A program made the translations under genes and the position numbers. Shown here in pieces: positions 61,229 to 64,000 of a stretch of DNA of 64,000 nt. The notes under the pieces were generated by a model. That model was not told the DNA's origin. It saw nothing but the letters and a program-made list of their open reading frames with translations, and did not search any database. Position 1 is the stretch's first letter. The number at the start of each line of letters is the position of its first letter. The stretch covers positions 646,723 to 710,722 of the forward strand of contig NW_015162488.1 of assembly GCF_001447785.1 (NCBI RefSeq), in the 5' to 3' direction. The stretch is from Gekko japonicus. Lineage: Eukaryota.

Positions 61229-62539
61229 TGGGTGGATGACTTCAATATATATATAGTAAAACAGGCTCACAAGTAAAGTAAATAAACCCTGAAGGGAGAC
61301 TTGATTCTCTTTTGTCTGGACATTTTACCTCAGCATGTCCAAGGTTGCTGCTTTCCTACACAAGGATTGGTGCAGAGCCCTGGAGGAAAGGCAGGACTTT
61401 TAAGCATGATTGCCCCAACTTCTTCCAGTCAGCCTGGAACACTGTGGACAGTATTATTTGTCTCCTCAAACTTATTTTTATTTAATCAATTTGTATCCCA
61501 CTCTGCCCCCACTAACGTGGGGCTCAGAGTGGATCACAACATGTCATAAATAAAATTATAATATAATTTCTTCTGTCTTTTAAAGAATTTTGCGTAAGTA
61601 GTGTATTCAGTAGGGTGATATGAAAGGGCTGAGGGTAGCCATATATTTTTCTTTTGGAACAAAATCCTCTTAACAGGATGGAACACTTGTGAAAAGAGAC
61701 CCCCCTCCAATACAGTTTCAGTCTGGATTGCTGTATGGAAGTCTTGCTTAATATCATTCACAGTTGGCATCTTGCCAGATTTGGAAAGCTGAGTGTTTCA
61801 AGTTTGTTTGTTGTGTGGAGTTTCACTTTATTGTCACTTTCTATTCTGGGAGAGTAATTTTAGAGGTTATCAAGTTAATGGTCTGTGTTTCTGAATATTC
61901 CAGATCTAGCGGTCTGGTGAAGGCTTTTAAAAGATGGATATTCTTTTTGATATCTTACTGATGTGTCTCTCTTTTGCAGAAGTGACCCACAAAATCTTAA
62001 TAGATATCATATCAGTAACAAACAGAGCCAGATTTGCATATGTCAGTGGTGATAGCTGTGGTGCCCATGCATCAAATGCTTTCTGAATTATTTATATTCT
62101 TTAATTTCACTATGATTTAAAATATCTCATAAAGGCAGTATCTATTCCTGACATCATGATCTATTCAAAAGGAGACAAATTTCAACTGTTAAGATATTTT
62201 CTCCAGGGCAGAGCTGCCTGATGCACCTTATAACAGTACCAGATGATAAACCATAAAATAACAATTAACATAACTGAATAACAACTCAGACTAACAATGA
62301 TAAAACAATCCACAGTGTATGACAGAATAACCGCTCAAAACCACCAGCAAAAACTTAAGGGTGGGAGAACCTATAAAATCAAACTTTTCTAAACAATAGA
62401 ACTAACAAAATCCAAGCTATAGTTGATTAGGTAAGAATTTGGAATAGCCAAAATCTGTGACCAATATATAAGCAAATATGGTCAGGATAAAAGCTCAGCT
62501 AAAGCCTGGGCAAATAAATGTCTTGACCTGTCAGCTAAA

Positions 62540-63349
62540 GCCAGTTTGTTGTAGTGTTTAAGTGCGTGGACTCTAATCTGGGAGAACTGGATTTGATTCA
62601 CCACTCCTCCACTTGTAACTGCTGGATGACCTTGGGCAAGCCATAGTTCTCTCAGAACTCTCTCAGCCCCGCCTACCTCACAGGATGTCTGTTGTGGGGA
62701 GCCAGCATACCTGAGGGACCGCCTTTCCCCATACAGGCCCCAAAGAGCACTTCGGTCAGGGTCACAACACCGCCTAGTGACCCCGGACCCCAAGGAGGCC
62801 AGGCTTGCTGCCACAAGGGCCAGGTCCTTTTCGGTGGCTGCTCCTACCTGGTGGATGAGCTCCCGGAGGAGATCAGGGCCCTGCGGGACCTTTTACAGTT
62901 CCGCAGGGCCTGCAAGACGGAGCTCTTCCGCCAGGCTTTTGAATAGGAGCCGCCGCCACCACTACCACCATCGTGCGACTGCAGAGCAGTTTTGCCGGGC
63001 TGGGCTGACTGGCCAGTTGAACATCGTGGCCCATGGCATCCCCCCTTTTTAGATCCCAACGTGTTATGCAATAGGGAGTGAGTATTCTAGTCATTTATGT
63101 ATCCTGTGAGATGTGCATTTTTGCCTACATTGTTTTAACTTGCTTACTTTTTATTGCACTTTTGTGCCTTAATTGTTTTAACCTGTTGTATTTTTATTGC
63201 ACTTTTGTGCCTTTGTAAGCCGCCCTGAGCCCGCGTGCGGGGAGGGCGGGGTATAAATAAAATAAATAAATAAATAAATAAATAAGCTGCTCTGAGATTC
63301 CGAGTGAAGGACGGAGTATAAATCCAGTCTCTTCTTCTCTTTTTCTTCT
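62540..63349 (+). mobile_element. Squam3-like SINE split by an L2 insertion (SINE parts 62540-62700 and 63285-63349)
   Basis: SINE head and core stop at GTTGTGGGGA; the SINE tail resumes at AGCTGCTCTGAGA...TATAAATCCAGTCTCTTCTTC. Confidence 0.82.
62701..63284 (+). mobile_element. Young L2 3' fragment
   Basis: YLRDRLSPY, ATRARSFSVAAPTWW, FRRACKTELFRQAF; CpGs retained; TTGTAAGCCGCCCTGAG...(AAAT)n tail. Confidence 0.88.
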
Positions 63350-63909
63350 AAGCCAATAAGCATCAGGCAGACTTCTAGGGGACAGCAGTACATAGATGAG
63401 GTGCCACCATTCAAAAAGCCCTGTCTCTGTCACCTGCCTCATCTGTTGAACTGAAGCAGCTAATCAAGTTAATCTCTTTGTTCATACAAAAATTCCTACA
63501 TACATGGAACAGTCAGGAGTACTGTTGTTTGTTTGTCTGTGAATTATGGCCACAGATTGCCTCTACAAATTGCGCTAAAGTTTTATTGGGATTATTTTGG
63601 GTAATAACTAACAATTCAAGCTATCAAATGGCTCTTGTTGGCATAAAATAGAAAAACAGAGACCTCTTTTTTGCCAGTAAAGTGACTGTCAGTAAGGTAA
63701 CTATTACACAGACATTTACAGAACCCTTCAAATGATACATACAACCACACACTGTTTCTAAACAGATGGCACCTCTCTTGTTTGCTGTAGTTCCAGATTC
63801 GGTTGAATTTTTGTGATCTTTTTGACCCATCATTAAGCAGTTCTTTATGGAAAGAATCCAACACACCTTTTGTTACTTCTAAAATAAAAGGCCTTGCTTT
63901 GTTTTGCAG

Positions 63910-64000
63910 ATACCTGAAGAGGAAGCGAAACAAGGTGGAGGAAAACCAGGAGGAGACAAACAAGAAGGCAACAAACAAGAAGGCAACAAAGAGTGTCACA
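63910..64000 (+). CDS. C3orf38: C3orf38 orthologue, probable coding exon 3 (runs off the window)
   Basis: TTTGTTTTGCAG| IPEEEAKQGGGKPGGDKQEGNKQEGNKECH; open in phase 0 as exon 2 requires; the conserved downstream part is not visible. Confidence 0.65.
   Translation, partial: MPEEEAKQGGGKPGGDKQEGNKQEGNKECH

Overview
Vertebrate genomic DNA, most likely from a gecko-like squamate (inferred from the Squam3-type CORE-SINEs, Sauria SINE, L2, CR1 and Penelope repeats). It is not prokaryotic, and most short ORFs in the track are noise. The window holds the complete 9-exon ZNF654 gene (+; ATG 4057, stop 38731; 3267-nt CDS, 1088 aa; all eight introns are GT-AG and phase-consistent) and the first three coding exons of a C3orf38 orthologue (+; 55867 to the window end). 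Each gene starts in a CpG island. Both islands carry strong minus-strand splice donors, and an antisense exon candidate overlaps the end of ZNF654 exon 8, which suggests the nested antisense CGGBP1 arrangement recalled from human (the CGGBP1 CDS is not in the window). The rest is transposon-rich: an L1 with both ends, a TSD and a 1.5-kb inter-ORF spacer; a TSD-flanked ORF1-only L1-like element; a 2-kb non-autonomous Helitron packed with rearranged hAT-MITE pieces; a 1.2-kb Penelope palindrome next to exon 5; a Penelope tail with an apparently intact minimal hammerhead ribozyme; several MITEs; and nested L2, SINE, CR1 and RTE-like fragments. There are two assembly gaps (4714-4749, 36684-36765). 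I found no demonstrably new gene system; the best leads are the RNA-level and transposon structures listed under findings.
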